Part shown: positions 35,374-46,279 of the stretch, in pieces
Position numbering within the stretch: the first letter of the stretch is position 1
Layout: every line of letters begins with the position of its first letter
NCBI GenBank assembly: GCA_035534695.1
Contig: DATLRN010000003.1
Span: 5,218 to 69,217 of the forward strand
Length of the DNA stretch: 64,000 nt
Direction of reading: 5' to 3'
From: Candidatus Dormiibacterota bacterium
GTDB lineage: Bacteria; Chloroflexota; Dormibacteria; Aeolococcales; Bog-877
Notes under the pieces: generated by a model
Database searches by the model: none
What the model saw: only the letters and a program-made list of their open reading frames with translations
Told to the model about the DNA's origin: nothing
Made by a program: the position numbers and the translations under genes

Positions 35374-37008
35374 ATGGCTGAGATCACCCGCAATTCCCCT
35401 ATCAGCGGCATCGCCGCCAACGGATCCCGTCCCCGTGCCGAGGCGCCCGCAGTGGGATCGGAGCGGCGCCGCTGGCTCATCCTGGTGATCCTTTGCATCG
35501 GCCAATTGATGATCGTTCTCGACGCCACGGTGGTGAATGTGGCCCTGCCCGTGCTGCAGCACGACCTGCAGTTCAGCGTCTCCTCGGTGGCCTGGGTCAT
35601 CGACGCCTACCTGATCACCTTCGGCGGCCTGCTCCTGCTCTCGGGGCGGCTCGGTGATCTGCTCGGTCGCAAGGGGATCTTCCTGGCCGGTATGGCGCTG
35701 TTCACGATCAGCTCCTTTCTCTGCGGCGTGGCTGATAGCCAGCAACTTCTGATCGCGGCCCGCTTTCTGCAAGGCGCCGGCGCCGCGGCCATGGCGGCCA
35801 TGGTTCTGAGCATCCTGGTCTCGCTGTTCACCGATCCCAAAGAGCGCCTGACCGCCATGGGCGTCTATGCCTTTGTGGCCACCGCGGGAGGCTCGATCGG
35901 GCTCTTGGTGGGCGGCGTCATCACCCAGATAGTGAGCTGGCACTGGATCTTCTTCATCAACATTCCCATCGGGGTTGCCACCTTGATCCTCAGCGCGATC
36001 CTGATACCGCGCACGCCGGGACTGGGGCTGCACCATGGCGTTGACCTGCTGGGCGCCCTCCTCGTCACCGCCGCGCCGTCCCTCGCCGTCTACACCATCG
36101 TCACCGCCAGCCAGACGAGTTGGGGCGCCCGGGGGACACTTTTCTTCGCCGCGCTCACGCTGCTGACAGTGCTCGCCTTCGTGGCGGTGGAGAGTCGCGT
36201 GAGCAACCCCTTGGTGCCCCTGCGGATCTTCAACTCTCGGACCAGGACCGGAGCCCAACTGGCTCGGACCCTCTTCCCGGTGGGCATGTTCGGCACCTTC
36301 TTTCTCTCCTCGCTCTACCTCCATGAGGTGCTCGGGTACAGCCCCATCGAGACGGGACTCGCCTTTTTGCCATGCAACCTGCTGATGGCCGTGTTCTCGC
36401 TCGTCATCACGAGGCGGCTGGTGGCCCGCTTCGACGCCCGGGTTGTGCTTCTGAGCGGTCTGGTCTTGGTGATCGCGGCCCTCCTCCTCCTCGGTCGCGC
36501 TCCCCAGCACGCGGTCTATCTCATCGACATCCTGCCCGCTCTGGTGGCGCTGGGGGTGGGGGCGGGCCTGTTCTTCATGCCCAGCATCGCTCTCTCCATG
36601 GCAGGGACCAGGCCCCAGGAGTCGGGCCTGGCCTCGGGCCTCGCAAACGTCACCCTGCAGCTCGGCGCCGCTCTCGGGGTCGCGCTTCTGGCGGGGATCT
36701 CCAGCAGCACCGCCACCCAGAAGTTGCTGGCCGGTGCCCCGGCCCAGGCGGCTTTGGTTGACGGCTTCCACGAGGGCTTCCTGGTGGCCGCGGTGGTGGT
36801 GGGAATCGCGGTCGTGGCGGTGGGGGCATTGCTCCAACCCCGGCAGATCGCCGCAGTACGGGTGCCAGCCCCGAGTCCGCAGCCTCTACCCAGGGTGACC
36901 ATTCCCATGACGGTTCTGGGCGGTTCCGCTTCGGCCAGCCTCGAGGTGCCGCGCAACGCCACCACCGCGGCCGAAGATCGGCTCGAAGACCAAGTCCAAG
37001 TAGCCTGA
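35374..37008 (+). CDS. MFS transporter, DHA2 (EmrB/QacA-like, 14-TM type) efflux family
   Basis: LILVILCIGQLMIVLDATVVNVALP start, characteristic of DHA2, with many hydrophobic segments. ATG 35374 has GGAGGG upstream. The track TTG 35353 is less likely. Confidence 0.88.
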   Translation: MAEITRNSPISGIAANGSRPRAEAPAVGSERRRWLILVILCIGQLMIVLDATVVNVALPVLQHDLQFSVSSVAWVIDAYLITFGGLLLLSGRLGDLLGRKGIFLAGMALFTISSFLCGVADSQQLLIAARFLQGAGAAAMAAMVLSILVSLFTDPKERLTAMGVYAFVATAGGSIGLLVGGVITQIVSWHWIFFINIPIGVATLILSAILIPRTPGLGLHHGVDLLGALLVTAAPSLAVYTIVTASQTSWGARGTLFFAALTLLTVLAFVAVESRVSNPLVPLRIFNSRTRTGAQLARTLFPVGMFGTFFLSSLYLHEVLGYSPIETGLAFLPCNLLMAVFSLVITRRLVARFDARVVLLSGLVLVIAALLLLGRAPQHAVYLIDILPALVALGVGAGLFFMPSIALSMAGTRPQESGLASGLANVTLQLGAALGVALLAGISSSTATQKLLAGAPAQAALVDGFHEGFLVAAVVVGIAVVAVGALLQPRQIAAVRVPAPSPQPLPRVTIPMTVLGGSASASLEVPRNATTAAEDRLEDQVQVA

Positions 37009-37113
37009 CCTTCCCCGGGCAGGCCGTCCGGGCCGGCAAGTCCGACTTGCTAACCTGGCCCACCAATCGGCCTGTCCGGTCCTGACCGCAGTCTGCTAGG
37101 GGAGAGGACTTCA

Positions 37114-38832
37114 GTGGAGACGCGCAGCACACGCCCTGGGTTGCCCAGTCGGGTCCTGGTCGAGGGCACCGAGCGTGCCGCCGCCCGAGCCATGCTCAAG
37201 GGAACCGGCTTAACCGACGAGGACCTCTCGCGACCTCTGATCGGGATCGCCAACACCTGGATCGAGACCATGCCCTGCAACCTCGGGCTGCGGGTCCTGG
37301 CGGAACACGTCAAGCGGGGGATCCGGGCGGCCGGCGCCACTCCTCTGGAGTTCAACACCATCGCCATCAGCGACGGGGTGTCGATGGGTACCCAGGGCAT
37401 GAAGGCATCCCTCATCAGCCGCGAGCTGATCGCCGATTCCATCGAACTCGTCTGCCGGGGCCACCTGCTGGACGGGTTGGTGGCGCTGGTTGCCTGCGAC
37501 AAGACGATCCCCGGCGCGGCCATGGGCCTGGCCCGTCTCGACCTGCCCGGTTGCCTTCTCTACGGTGGGGCCATCCAGCCGGGTCGCTTCCGGGGGCGGG
37601 ACGTCACCATCATCGATGTCTTCGAAGCCATCGGCAGCGTCGAGGCTGGCCGGATGAGTGAGCAGGACCTGCGCGAGCTCGAGGACGTGGCCTGTCCCGG
37701 CGCCGGGGCCTGCGGCGGGCAGTTCACCGCCAACACCATGGCGATGGCCATTGAGCTGCTCGGGATCGCGCCCCTTCAGAGCGGCGGCGTGGCGGCCACC
37801 GACCCGGTCAAGGCGGACGTGGCGGAACGGGTGGGCGCGGCGGTGGTTGAGATGGTCCGCCTGGAGCGCCGCCCGAGCTCATATCTGACCCAGGACTCAT
37901 TCCACAACGCGGTGGCCGGGGTGATGGCGAGCGGTGGGTCCACCAACGCCGTGCTCCATCTGATGGCGATGGCCCGGGACGCCCGAGTGCCGCTGGTGAT
38001 AGAGGAATTCGATGAGATCAGCCGGCGCACTCCCTGGATCGCCGACCTGCGACCCGGCGGCCACTACAACGCCGTCGACCTGAGTCGTGCCGGGGGAGTC
38101 GCGCTGGTGGCCCGCCGGCTCCTGGAGCACAACCTGCTCCGGGGCGGGGCGGGGACCTGCACTGGGGAGACGTTAGGGGAGGCGGCCCAGAAGGCGCTCC
38201 TGTCTCATCCCGAGCCCGCGGAGCAGGGCGTGGTCCGGCGCGTCGACCAGCCTTTGAGCCCGAGCGGCGGGATGGTAATCCTCTACGGCCCGCTCGCGTT
38301 CGAGGGAGCGGTGGTCAAGGTGGCCGGGCACGAGCGGCGCCAGCACACCGGGCCCGCCCGCGTCTTCGATTCCGAGGAGGACGCGATGGCGGCCGTGAAG
38401 GACCAGAGGATTAAACCGGGTGACGTGGTCGTGGTCCGCTACGAGGGGCCCCGAGGCGGCCCCGGGATGCGCGAGATGCTGGGGGTGACCGCGGCCATCG
38501 TGGGCCAGGGCCTGGGAGACACCGTGGCGCTTATGACCGACGGCCGATTCAGTGGCGCCACCCACGGGCTGATGGTGGGGCACGTCGCCCCCGAGGCGGC
38601 GGTTGGTGGACCGATCGCGCTGCTCGTCGATGGTGACCAGATCACCATCGATCTGAGCGCTCGGGCGATCACGGCTGCGGTGGAGCCGGAGGAGTGGCAA
38701 CGGCGCGCCCAGGCGTGGTCACCTCGCCCAGCGCCGACCGGAACCAGCGCTTTCGCACGCTACGCCCATCTGGTGGGAAGCGCGTCTCGGGGCGCGGTGG
38801 TGAGCGTCGGCGAGACGGCGGACGGGTCCTGA
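37114..38832 (+). CDS. ilvD: Dihydroxy-acid dehydratase
   Basis: ..[13 protein letters not shown].., CDKTIPG, TDGRFSG motifs. GTG start preceded by GGGGAGAGGA. Confidence 0.95.
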   Translation: METRSTRPGLPSRVLVEGTERAAARAMLKGTGLTDEDLSRPLIGIANTWIETMPCNLGLRVLAEHVKRGIRAAGATPLEFNTIAISDGVSMGTQGMKASLISRELIADSIELVCRGHLLDGLVALVACDKTIPGAAMGLARLDLPGCLLYGGAIQPGRFRGRDVTIIDVFEAIGSVEAGRMSEQDLRELEDVACPGAGACGGQFTANTMAMAIELLGIAPLQSGGVAATDPVKADVAERVGAAVVEMVRLERRPSSYLTQDSFHNAVAGVMASGGSTNAVLHLMAMARDARVPLVIEEFDEISRRTPWIADLRPGGHYNAVDLSRAGGVALVARRLLEHNLLRGGAGTCTGETLGEAAQKALLSHPEPAEQGVVRRVDQPLSPSGGMVILYGPLAFEGAVVKVAGHERRQHTGPARVFDSEEDAMAAVKDQRIKPGDVVVVRYEGPRGGPGMREMLGVTAAIVGQGLGDTVALMTDGRFSGATHGLMVGHVAPEAAVGGPIALLVDGDQITIDLSARAITAAVEPEEWQRRAQAWSPRPAPTGTSAFARYAHLVGSASRGAVVSVGETADGS

Positions 38833-38858
38833 CTCCGCAGCTCAACGGCCCAGGTCCG

Positions 38859-39689
38859 GTGGAGCCGGGCGAAGGGCCGATCGCATACCAGGGCGAGCCC
38901 GGTGCTTACTCCGAGGAGGCGGCGCAGCACCTCTTTCCGGATGCCGTCCACGAGGGGTACGCGACCTTCGCCGCGGCGTTCGAAGCGGTCGCGGGGGGGC
39001 AGGCCGAGGCGGCGGTGTTACCGGTAGAGAACAGCGTTGCCGGGGTTGTTCAGGAGGTCTCCGACCAGCTCTGGGCCCACCCCGAGCTGAACGTGGTCGG
39101 GGAGAGGGTGATTCCCATCCGTCACCACCTTCTCCGCCGCGGCTCGGAGCCGGTCCGCCGGGCCTTGTCGCACCCCCAGGCCCTAGCCCAATGCGCCGGA
39201 TGGCTGACCGAACATCACATCCTGCCGGTCGTCTTCGCCGACACCGCCGGCGCTGCCCGCGAGATCGCCGAGCGAGGTCAGCCAGGCGATGGCGCCATCG
39301 CCAGCCGGGCCGCGGCCGAGCGCTACCGGCTCCAGGTGGTGGCCGAGGACATCGCCGACCAACCAAGCAACCGGACCCGCTTCCTGGTGGTGCGCCAGAG
39401 TCCCCGGTTGGCGCCAGGCGTGGGTTCGATCAAGCTGATCCTGGGACTGGTCGCTGAGCACCGTCCCGGCGGGCTGGCCCAGGTGCTCCAGGTGTTTGCC
39501 AAAGAGGAGGTCAATCTCACCCGCCTGGACTCGCGCCCAGTCCCAGAGCAGCCCTTCAACTACCGCTTCTACCTGGACGGGGTGGTGGCCGATGCTGACC
39601 GGCTTCCCGCGCTTCTCCAAGCGCTCAGAAGGGTGACCGCCGAGCTGCGCCTCTTCGGTACTTTCCCGATCCCCAGCGCCGGCCGCTGA
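38859..39689 (+). CDS. pheA: Prephenate dehydratase
   Basis: IAYQGEPGAYSEEAA start, TRF motif (NRTRFLVV), C-terminal ACT domain with ESRP-like LDSRP. GTG 38859 is chosen because the track ORF from 38694 reads back into ilvD. Confidence 0.85.
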   Translation: MEPGEGPIAYQGEPGAYSEEAAQHLFPDAVHEGYATFAAAFEAVAGGQAEAAVLPVENSVAGVVQEVSDQLWAHPELNVVGERVIPIRHHLLRRGSEPVRRALSHPQALAQCAGWLTEHHILPVVFADTAGAAREIAERGQPGDGAIASRAAAERYRLQVVAEDIADQPSNRTRFLVVRQSPRLAPGVGSIKLILGLVAEHRPGGLAQVLQVFAKEEVNLTRLDSRPVPEQPFNYRFYLDGVVADADRLPALLQALRRVTAELRLFGTFPIPSAGR

Positions 39690-39764
39690 CCAAAGAGCTG
39701 GACCGAGCCTGGCGGTCAGCGGGAGCCAGTAGGTGGAGGCAGCCCACGGCTGGTCCGCGGTCGC

Positions 39765-40526
39765 TCAGGTGCGCAGGTAGGACGCCCCGTTGATGTCCAG
39801 CACCGCGCCTGTGCTGAACTCCGCCTCCGGGGAGGCCAGGAAAACGGCGGCGGCGGCAATCTCATCGGGCCGCGCCATGCGCCCCAGGGGACTCTGCTTG
39901 AGGACCTCCTGACCGCCCGGTCTCTCCATCTCCGCGATTGCCATTTCCGTCTCCACCCAACCCGGAGCGATCGTCATCACGGCGATGCCGCGACCCCCCA
40001 ATGCCAATGCCAACGACTGACCGAAGGCGTTGAGCCCCGCCTTGGTAGCCGCATAGGCCGGCTGTCCAGGTTCACCTCGGAATGCACCTCGGGAGCTGAT
40101 GTTGATGATCCTGCCGCCACCCTGCTTGAGCATCTGCTGAACTGCCCAATAGGTGACGAAGGCAGGCCCGCTCAAGTTGACGGCCAGGGTCCGATCCCAG
40201 GCGGCGCGCCAAGTCTCGAAATCGTCGACGGCGACGTCATGGGGCAGGCTCACTCCCGCGTTGTTGACGAGGACGTCGAGTCCTCCCAAGGCCGCCACCG
40301 TCGACTCCACCAGCGCCGCTGCCGACTCGGGGATGGCCAGGTCTGCCTGTATCGCCGTGTGCCCCGATCCGGGCAGGGATCGGACGACCTCGTCGGCCTC
40401 CGCCCGCGAGTCGCGATGGTTGACGACGACCCGGTCGCCGACCTTGGCAAAGGCCAGAGCGGTGGCCTTGCCAATTCCACGCGATGCGCCCGTCACCAAG
40501 ACCGCCCGACCGGAAATCCCGTGCAC
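39765..40526 (-). CDS. SDR family oxidoreductase (FabG-like)
   Basis: VTGASRGIG, LVNNAGV, Y..TKAG motifs. Start at GTG 40526; the track extension to 40697 is Arg-rich. Confidence 0.85.
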   Translation of the reverse strand: MHGISGRAVLVTGASRGIGKATALAFAKVGDRVVVNHRDSRAEADEVVRSLPGSGHTAIQADLAIPESAAALVESTVAALGGLDVLVNNAGVSLPHDVAVDDFETWRAAWDRTLAVNLSGPAFVTYWAVQQMLKQGGGRIINISSRGAFRGEPGQPAYAATKAGLNAFGQSLALALGGRGIAVMTIAPGWVETEMAIAEMERPGGQEVLKQSPLGRMARPDEIAAAAVFLASPEAEFSTGAVLDINGASYLRT

Positions 40527-40599
40527 CTCCGCTCCCGAATCCACCGGCCAACCGAGGGCCACAACGCAGTGTAGGCGAGCAGCTGGGAGGCGGCTCCGA

Positions 40600-41043
40600 T
40601 CAGGCTTTGTTGGCCGCGATGATCGCGTTGAGGGCCTCGTCCTGAGCCGCCAGGTGAGCCTGAATCTGCATCGCCTCGTGCAGTACCGCCTCGGCATCGG
40701 CGTAGGTGTTCTCAGCGCGCTTGTCGGCGGCCGCGCTCTGGATGTTGGTACCCACGATGATGATGCTCAGCAGAACCAGCTGGAGAAAGGTCTGCGCGAC
40801 CCAGGCGATGATTCCCTCGCCCCCGGGCTTGAGGGCTGCCGGCAGTCCAACCAAGGCGATGATGGCGAAGATGTAGGCACACCACATTGAACCGACTCCC
40901 TGGGTGACTTTCACGGCCACCCAGGAGTTGGCTCGGGCGATCGCGTTGCTCCGGTCCAGCTGGTCTTTGACTCGGACCGGCCCGGCCGCGTTGCCCTCCA
41001 GGATGGCGGTGGCGCGCGGATGCGGCATGTGGACGAAGTTCAT
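40600..41043 (-). CDS. DUF1003-like membrane protein
   Basis: 147 aa. Two hydrophobic segments are followed by ..NIQSAAADKRAENTYADAEAVLHE.. This resembles the DUF1003 pattern as I remember it. GAGGAGG lies before the ATG. Confidence 0.55.
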   Translation of the reverse strand: MNFVHMPHPRATAILEGNAAGPVRVKDQLDRSNAIARANSWVAVKVTQGVGSMWCAYIFAIIALVGLPAALKPGGEGIIAWVAQTFLQLVLLSIIIVGTNIQSAAADKRAENTYADAEAVLHEAMQIQAHLAAQDEALNAIIAANKA

Positions 41044-41324
41044 AAGAGCCTCCTCAGCAAACTGGTCTTCAGTGCCAAGTGCGGCACCGGGCTAAATCCC
41101 AACGCAAAGCGGTGGGAACATGAGAGGCAAGCCAGCTCTTGCTGAGCCCCGCGCGGGCGCTTTCCGCCGCGGCTGAGGCGAGCGCCTGGCCAGGTGCAGC
41201 CTAGGGCAGGTGGATCCGACACGATCGAGCACCGCGGCGATCTTACGGTGGTGTCGGCGCTCTAGGTGTAAATCGGCCGAATCTTGGCCGCTCTCTGGCC
41301 AACGGCCTGGACCGGTAGGCGCGG

Positions 41325-42620
41325 CTAGCGCAGGGTAGGCGTACCCACCATCACCGCTGCCATGGTGGCGTTGGTCTCGGGATCGATGACGATCAGGCTA
41401 CCGGTGACCCGGTTGTGCGGATATGGATCGGCAGCGATAGGGTCGGCCAAGCGCCAACGGACAACGCCGATATCGTTGGTTCTCAGCTGCGCTGCCGCGG
41501 TCAAGCGCAAACTCTTCATGTCCAGCCTGCTCTCGATGGCGACAACTTCGCCCCGGGTGACCTTGGTGGTGTGCTTGATCAGAAATCGTTGCCCCACCTC
41601 CAAGGGACACTCAGCGAACCAGCAGACCGTGGTGAGCTGGTCGCGTCCCACAGGTGGTGGGTCGATGGCGGGGGCGATCAGGTTCCCGCGCGTCAATCGG
41701 GAGCCGTCGGCCAGAGTCACGGAGATGGAGAGCGGCGGCAGCGCGGAGGGGACTGGTGCACTGAGTGTGGCCAGGCTGGTGACGGTGGTGCGGCGCCCCT
41801 CAGGCAGTACCACGACCGCGTCCCCGCCGCGTAACTGGCCTCCTGTAAGCATCCCCGCGATGTGGACCGAACCGTCACTCCTGGTGCTGACCGACTGAAC
41901 CGGCAGCCGGAATCCACCCGCGCCCTCGGTGGCGACGGTGGAGGTGGGGGTCTCTTCTAGGGCTTCCAGCAGGGTCGGACCGCGATACCAGGGTGCCATG
42001 CCGGATCGCTCCACCACGTTGTCGCCATGCAGGGCGGAAATGGGCACCGCTTGGACCTGGGCATTGCCGAGCAAGCCGGCCAGCACCTGCATCTGCTCGG
42101 CTACGGCAAGAAAGCGACCTTCGTTCCAGTCGACAAGATCCATCTTGTTGACCGCGACCAGCACATGGCGGACTCCGAAAAGCAGCGCCAGCGCAGTGTG
42201 GCGGCGGGTCTGCTCGCGCAACCCCTTGCTGATGTCCACAACTACCAAGGCGAGGTCGGCGGTGGAGGCACCCGTTGCCATGTTGCCGGTGTATTCCAAG
42301 TGGCCGGGGCAATCGGCGATGACTAGCTTGCGGCGTGGTGTGACCGCGTAGCGATAGGCGACATCAATGGTGACTCCCCGCTCTCGCTCGGCGCGCAGGC
42401 CGTCGGTGGCGAAGCTCAAGTTCACCCCCGATTGGCCGCGGACACGGTTGGCAGTTTCCAGGGCAGCCAACTGGTCTTCAGTGAGCTGGTCGGCATCATG
42501 CAAGAGTCGTCCGATCAGGGTCGACTTACCGTCGTCGACAGCACCCACCGCGGCTAAGCGGAGGAGCGCGACACCGGTCGAGTCGGTGCCAGCCCGGCGC
42601 GCTGCGACAGCGCTGACCAT
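41325..42620 (-). CDS. cysN: Sulfate adenylyltransferase subunit 1 (GTPase)
   Basis: G-domain motifs GAVDDGKST, DCPGH, NKMD. The start overlaps the cysD stop. Confidence 0.9.
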   Translation of the reverse strand: MVSAVAARRAGTDSTGVALLRLAAVGAVDDGKSTLIGRLLHDADQLTEDQLAALETANRVRGQSGVNLSFATDGLRAERERGVTIDVAYRYAVTPRRKLVIADCPGHLEYTGNMATGASTADLALVVVDISKGLREQTRRHTALALLFGVRHVLVAVNKMDLVDWNEGRFLAVAEQMQVLAGLLGNAQVQAVPISALHGDNVVERSGMAPWYRGPTLLEALEETPTSTVATEGAGGFRLPVQSVSTRSDGSVHIAGMLTGGQLRGGDAVVVLPEGRRTTVTSLATLSAPVPSALPPLSISVTLADGSRLTRGNLIAPAIDPPPVGRDQLTTVCWFAECPLEVGQRFLIKHTTKVTRGEVVAIESRLDMKSLRLTAAAQLRTNDIGVVRWRLADPIAADPYPHNRVTGSLIVIDPETNATMAAVMVGTPTLR

Positions 42621-43552
42621 CAGAAGTACCCCTCGCGCTTACGGTCTTCCATGGAACTCTCCGAGAACTTGTCGTCGCCTCGTGTTGCGCCCCGCTCACT
42701 GACCCGTGACTCGGCAATTTCAGCGATCACCTGCTCGATGGTGTACGCGTGCGAGCGCACCGCGCCGGTCAGGGTCGCGTCGCCAACCGTGCGGTAACGC
42801 ACGCTCAGCCATTGGGCTGCTTCGGGGGGCGTAGGAGTCACCCACTCGGACACCGCCAAGAGCATCCCGTCGCGTTGTATCACCTGGCGTTGATGGGCGT
42901 AGTAGATGGAGGGAAGTGCCATGTCTTCACGCCGGATATAGCGCCAGACGTCTATCTCGGTCCAGTCGGAGAGGGGAAATACCCGGAGGTGTTCGCCAAT
43001 TCCCACCCTTCCGTGATAGAGGTTCCACAACTCCGGTCGTTGCCGGTCCGGCTGCCAGCGGCTGTGCTCATCGCGCACCGAGAGAATGCGCTCCTTAGCT
43101 CGTGCCTTGTCCTCGTCCCGACGGGCTCCGCCGATGCAGGCGTCGAAACTGCCGCGGCTGATGGCGTCGGTCAGGGTGACGCTCTGGATTCGATTGCGCG
43201 ACTGGCCCGGACCGGGGTCCTCCGCCCGGCCCTGCTCGATGGAATCCTGGACCAGTGCCACCCTCAGATCCGCTCCCAACTGGGAGACGCGTAGATCCCG
43301 AAATTCCAGCGTCTCGGGGAAGTTGTGCCCGGTGTCCACATGGAGCAGCGGAAAGGGGATGGGCCCCGGCTGGAAGGCCTTCTCAGCCAAGCGGAGAAGT
43401 ACCGCTGAATCCTTGCCGCCACTGAAGAGCAAGGCCGGGCGCTGGCATTCCGCCGCCACCTCGCGCATCACGAAGACGGCGTGGCTCTCCAGGACATCTA
43501 GGTAACCCGGGGCCGTTGGCTCCAAGCCCGACGCCGGACCGGAGTGCGCCAT
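42620..43552 (-). CDS. cysD: Sulfate adenylyltransferase subunit 2
   Basis: LLFSGGKDS PP-loop, HVDTGHNFPE, ..GGARRDEDKARAKERI... Start at ATG 43552; the upstream in-frame extension to 43834 is Pro/Arg-rich. Confidence 0.9.
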   Translation of the reverse strand: MAHSGPASGLEPTAPGYLDVLESHAVFVMREVAAECQRPALLFSGGKDSAVLLRLAEKAFQPGPIPFPLLHVDTGHNFPETLEFRDLRVSQLGADLRVALVQDSIEQGRAEDPGPGQSRNRIQSVTLTDAISRGSFDACIGGARRDEDKARAKERILSVRDEHSRWQPDRQRPELWNLYHGRVGIGEHLRVFPLSDWTEIDVWRYIRREDMALPSIYYAHQRQVIQRDGMLLAVSEWVTPTPPEAAQWLSVRYRTVGDATLTGAVRSHAYTIEQVIAEIAESRVSERGATRGDDKFSESSMEDRKREGYF

Positions 43553-43734
43553 CTGGCCAGGAAGCGGCTGCGCCAATTTTCTCCAAGGGTGGCCGCCTCC
43601 ACGCTTGCGGTGGTCCGGGAAGCGGTCGGTGAAAGCCTGCGGCGAGGCTTGATGGGGCACGTTGTGGCTAATTCTACTAGACTGATGGCATATCCCTGGG
43701 TGAGCTTTCTGGGAAGTTCCGATTGGAGGAGAGG

Positions 43735-44409
43735 ATGGCGGCGGTCGACACAATTGGCCTAGGCCCGGCCGAGTTGGCCCGGGAGTCCGCCCGGCTGGAG
43801 GCGGCCGGCCCGTCCGAGACCATCCGGTGGGCACAGCAGCGCTTCGATGCCAGGGTGGCCCTTGCGTGCTCCTTCCAGGACTGCGTCATCGTCGACCTGG
43901 CGCTGAAGGTCGCTCCCCGACTCGAGGTGGTGTTCCTCGACACCGAGTTCCATTTCCCGGAGACCCTGGAATTCGTTGAGTTGGTGCGCGACCGCTATCA
44001 GCCCAACCTAACCGTGACCCATCCTTCGGCGTCCGCCGATGGCTGGCCCTGCGGCAGCGCCGAGTGCTGCCAGCGACGCAAGGTGGAACCTCTTTTCCGG
44101 GCCTTGGTGGGTAAGTCCGCCTGGATCACCGGACTCAAGCGCAGCGACGCTGCCACCAGGACCAAGACTGAGGTGGTCGCTTGGGACGAGCGTCGCCAGA
44201 TGGTCAAGATCAACCCGCTGGCCCCCTGGACCGACGAAGATATCGCCGCCTATATCAGCGCCAACCACCTTCCCGTCCATCCCCTGCTGGCTCAGGGCTA
44301 TCTCTCCATTGGCTGTGCACCCACGACAAGACCGGTCAGGCCGGGCGAGGATCCGCGAGCCGGGCGCTGGGCGGACAGCGACAAGATGGAATGCGGGCTC
44401 CACGGTTGA
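43735..44409 (+). CDS. cysH: Phosphoadenosine phosphosulfate / adenylylsulfate reductase
   Basis: GGAGGAGAGG lies directly upstream of ATG 43735. Motifs FLDTEFHFPET, ECCQRRKVEPL, SIGCAPTT and C-terminal ECGLH. Confidence 0.9.
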   Translation: MAAVDTIGLGPAELARESARLEAAGPSETIRWAQQRFDARVALACSFQDCVIVDLALKVAPRLEVVFLDTEFHFPETLEFVELVRDRYQPNLTVTHPSASADGWPCGSAECCQRRKVEPLFRALVGKSAWITGLKRSDAATRTKTEVVAWDERRQMVKINPLAPWTDEDIAAYISANHLPVHPLLAQGYLSIGCAPTTRPVRPGEDPRAGRWADSDKMECGLHG

Positions 44410-44561
44410 AAGTCGTCGGATTTCCGCGGCCCGACGCGATCTCCCGGCAGTTGGTGACAGGCCCGCCTTGGCCATTTCCCGGGGTGCTGCTGTACCGGCT
44501 GACTCCCTGGTACCTGTGGTCCCGGTGTGAGGGCGACGGGCAGGCGCGACGCAGTCGCCGA

Positions 44562-45335
44562 CTAGAGCCGACCTGCCTCGGTCAGGCTCTGCAGAAAGCG
44601 CTTGGTGCGCTCCTCGTGGGGTTGCCGGAATAGTTGCTCGGGAGGTCCCTGCTCCAGGATCACGCCACCGTCCAAGAAGCAGACCCGGTTGGCGATGTCC
44701 CGGGCAAACCCCATCTCGTGCGTGGCGATGATCATGGTCATACCGGCCCGGGCCAGAGAGCGGATCACGTTGAGCACCTCGGCCACCAGCTCCGGGTCGA
44801 GGGCCGAGGTGACCTCGTCGAGAAGCATCAGCCGCGGCTGCATCGCCAGGGCTCGGGCGATTGCCGCTCTCTGCTGCTGACCGCCGGAGAGTCGGTCGGG
44901 GTACTCCCTGCGCTTTTCGAGCAGACCGAAGCGGCTGAGCAGGGCGTCGGCCTCCGCCTCCGCCTCCGGGCGTGACTTGCGCAGCACGCGGATGGGGGCC
45001 AAGGTGAGGTTCTGGAGCACGGTCATATGGGGAAACAGGTTGAAGGACTGGAAGACGATGCCGATCTGGCGCCGAAGTCGGTTGACGTCGATGGTTGTGG
45101 CGCTGATCTCCTCGCCGAAGAAGCTGATCCGGCCCTGGTCGATCTCCTCCAGCAGGTTCACACAGCGCAGCAGCGTCGACTTGCCGGAACCGGAGGCCCC
45201 GATCAGGCAGACCACCTCGTGAGGCGCCACCGCCAGATCGATGTCCTTGAGCACCAGAGTGCGGTCGAAGGCCTTGCGTACACCCTCCAGCTGGAGGGCC
45301 AGGTTGGCGGCAGGGGCTGCCAGGCTGGTCGCCAT
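44562..45335 (-). CDS. Amino acid ABC transporter ATP-binding protein
   Basis: [30 protein letters not shown] 45335 overlaps the permease stop. Confidence 0.9.
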   Translation of the reverse strand: MATSLAAPAANLALQLEGVRKAFDRTLVLKDIDLAVAPHEVVCLIGASGSGKSTLLRCVNLLEEIDQGRISFFGEEISATTIDVNRLRRQIGIVFQSFNLFPHMTVLQNLTLAPIRVLRKSRPEAEAEADALLSRFGLLEKRREYPDRLSGGQQQRAAIARALAMQPRLMLLDEVTSALDPELVAEVLNVIRSLARAGMTMIIATHEMGFARDIANRVCFLDGGVILEQGPPEQLFRQPHEERTKRFLQSLTEAGRL

Positions 45336-46255
45336 CAGTGCGCAACTCCCGCCTGGCGGCGGCGGCGGTCGCGGGCGATCAGCCAATCGGTGAAGCGGGC
45401 CATGGGCACCGTCAGCAGCAGAAAGAGGAAGGCCCCGACGGTGTAACCGGTGTAGTTGAAGTCGGTGGAGCTGACGATCCCGGCCGCCCGGTTGACCTCG
45501 ATTATTCCCAGGACGGCGACCAGGGCCGTGTCCTTCTGCAGGCTGATGAAGTCGTTGAGTAGGGGCGGGATCACCCGCCGCACCGCCTGGGGGATAACCA
45601 CCGAGCGCATCGCCTGCCCATGGGAGAGCCCCAACGAGCGGGCGGCTGCGACCTGGCTCGGGTGAACCGAATCAATTCCCGCCCGGTACACCTCCGAGAC
45701 ATATGCCGAATAGGAGAGAACCAGGGCCGCCAGGCCGTAGACCCAGACCGGCTGGGTCGAGACCCCGGCCAGATTCAGGGCTGGCACCCCGAAACCGATG
45801 GCGTAGACGACCAGCAGCAGCGGCACTCCGCGGAAGAAATCGGTGTAGGCGATGGCGATCATGCGGAGGGGGAAGGTGACCGGGCCGGTGAGCTGACGGA
45901 TCAGGGCGATGACCATGGCCAGGATCAGGATGAGCACCTCGGCCGTCAGGAAGAGCTCGATGTTGATGAGAAGCGCGTCCAGCTCCGAGAAGATTCCCCC
46001 CCGCGGGTCACCTAAGAAGGCGGTGCGGGCATCGGGGATGTTGAAGAAGGTCTGGCGCACCTGGGCGCTGCCCGGCGCGAAGAAGAAGAGCGCTGCCAGA
46101 ACCCCCAGGAGCACGACCGAACTGGCGACCGAGACGGCGACGGCACGGCGCCCTTGCAGCTTTGAGTGGCGCCGCCCACCGCCCAGGCTATTCGACGGTG
46201 GCCCGCCCGCGACCAGGAGCGGACTGTCGTCGAACCGGCCTGGGTCAGATGTCAC
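45335..46255 (-). CDS. Amino acid ABC transporter permease (His/Glu/Gln/Arg/opine family)
   Basis: Hydrophobic core with an EAA-like loop ..[21 protein letters not shown]... Confidence 0.9.
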   Translation of the reverse strand: MTSDPGRFDDSPLLVAGGPPSNSLGGGRRHSKLQGRRAVAVSVASSVVLLGVLAALFFFAPGSAQVRQTFFNIPDARTAFLGDPRGGIFSELDALLINIELFLTAEVLILILAMVIALIRQLTGPVTFPLRMIAIAYTDFFRGVPLLLVVYAIGFGVPALNLAGVSTQPVWVYGLAALVLSYSAYVSEVYRAGIDSVHPSQVAAARSLGLSHGQAMRSVVIPQAVRRVIPPLLNDFISLQKDTALVAVLGIIEVNRAAGIVSSTDFNYTGYTVGAFLFLLLTVPMARFTDWLIARDRRRRQAGVAH

Positions 46256-46279
46256 AGGGATCGGGAAGCGCCGGCTGGT

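Noticed and set aside
35155-36837. 560-aa minus-strand ORF antisense to the DHA2 MFS gene
   Set aside because: Its composition is dominated by His/Gly/Arg/Asp/Glu/Gln with no motifs, and it lies entirely opposite a well-supported transporter gene. This is the typical shadow ORF of high-GC DNA.
43553-43734. Possible riboswitch or structured leader in the cysDN/cysH divergent region and in the 281-nt gaps at 12593-12873 and 41044-41324
   Set aside because: I could not recognise conserved cores of SAM, T-box, lysine, glycine or other common riboswitch classes by eye. Only generic GC-rich hairpins are present. A covariance-model scan would be needed to exclude them.
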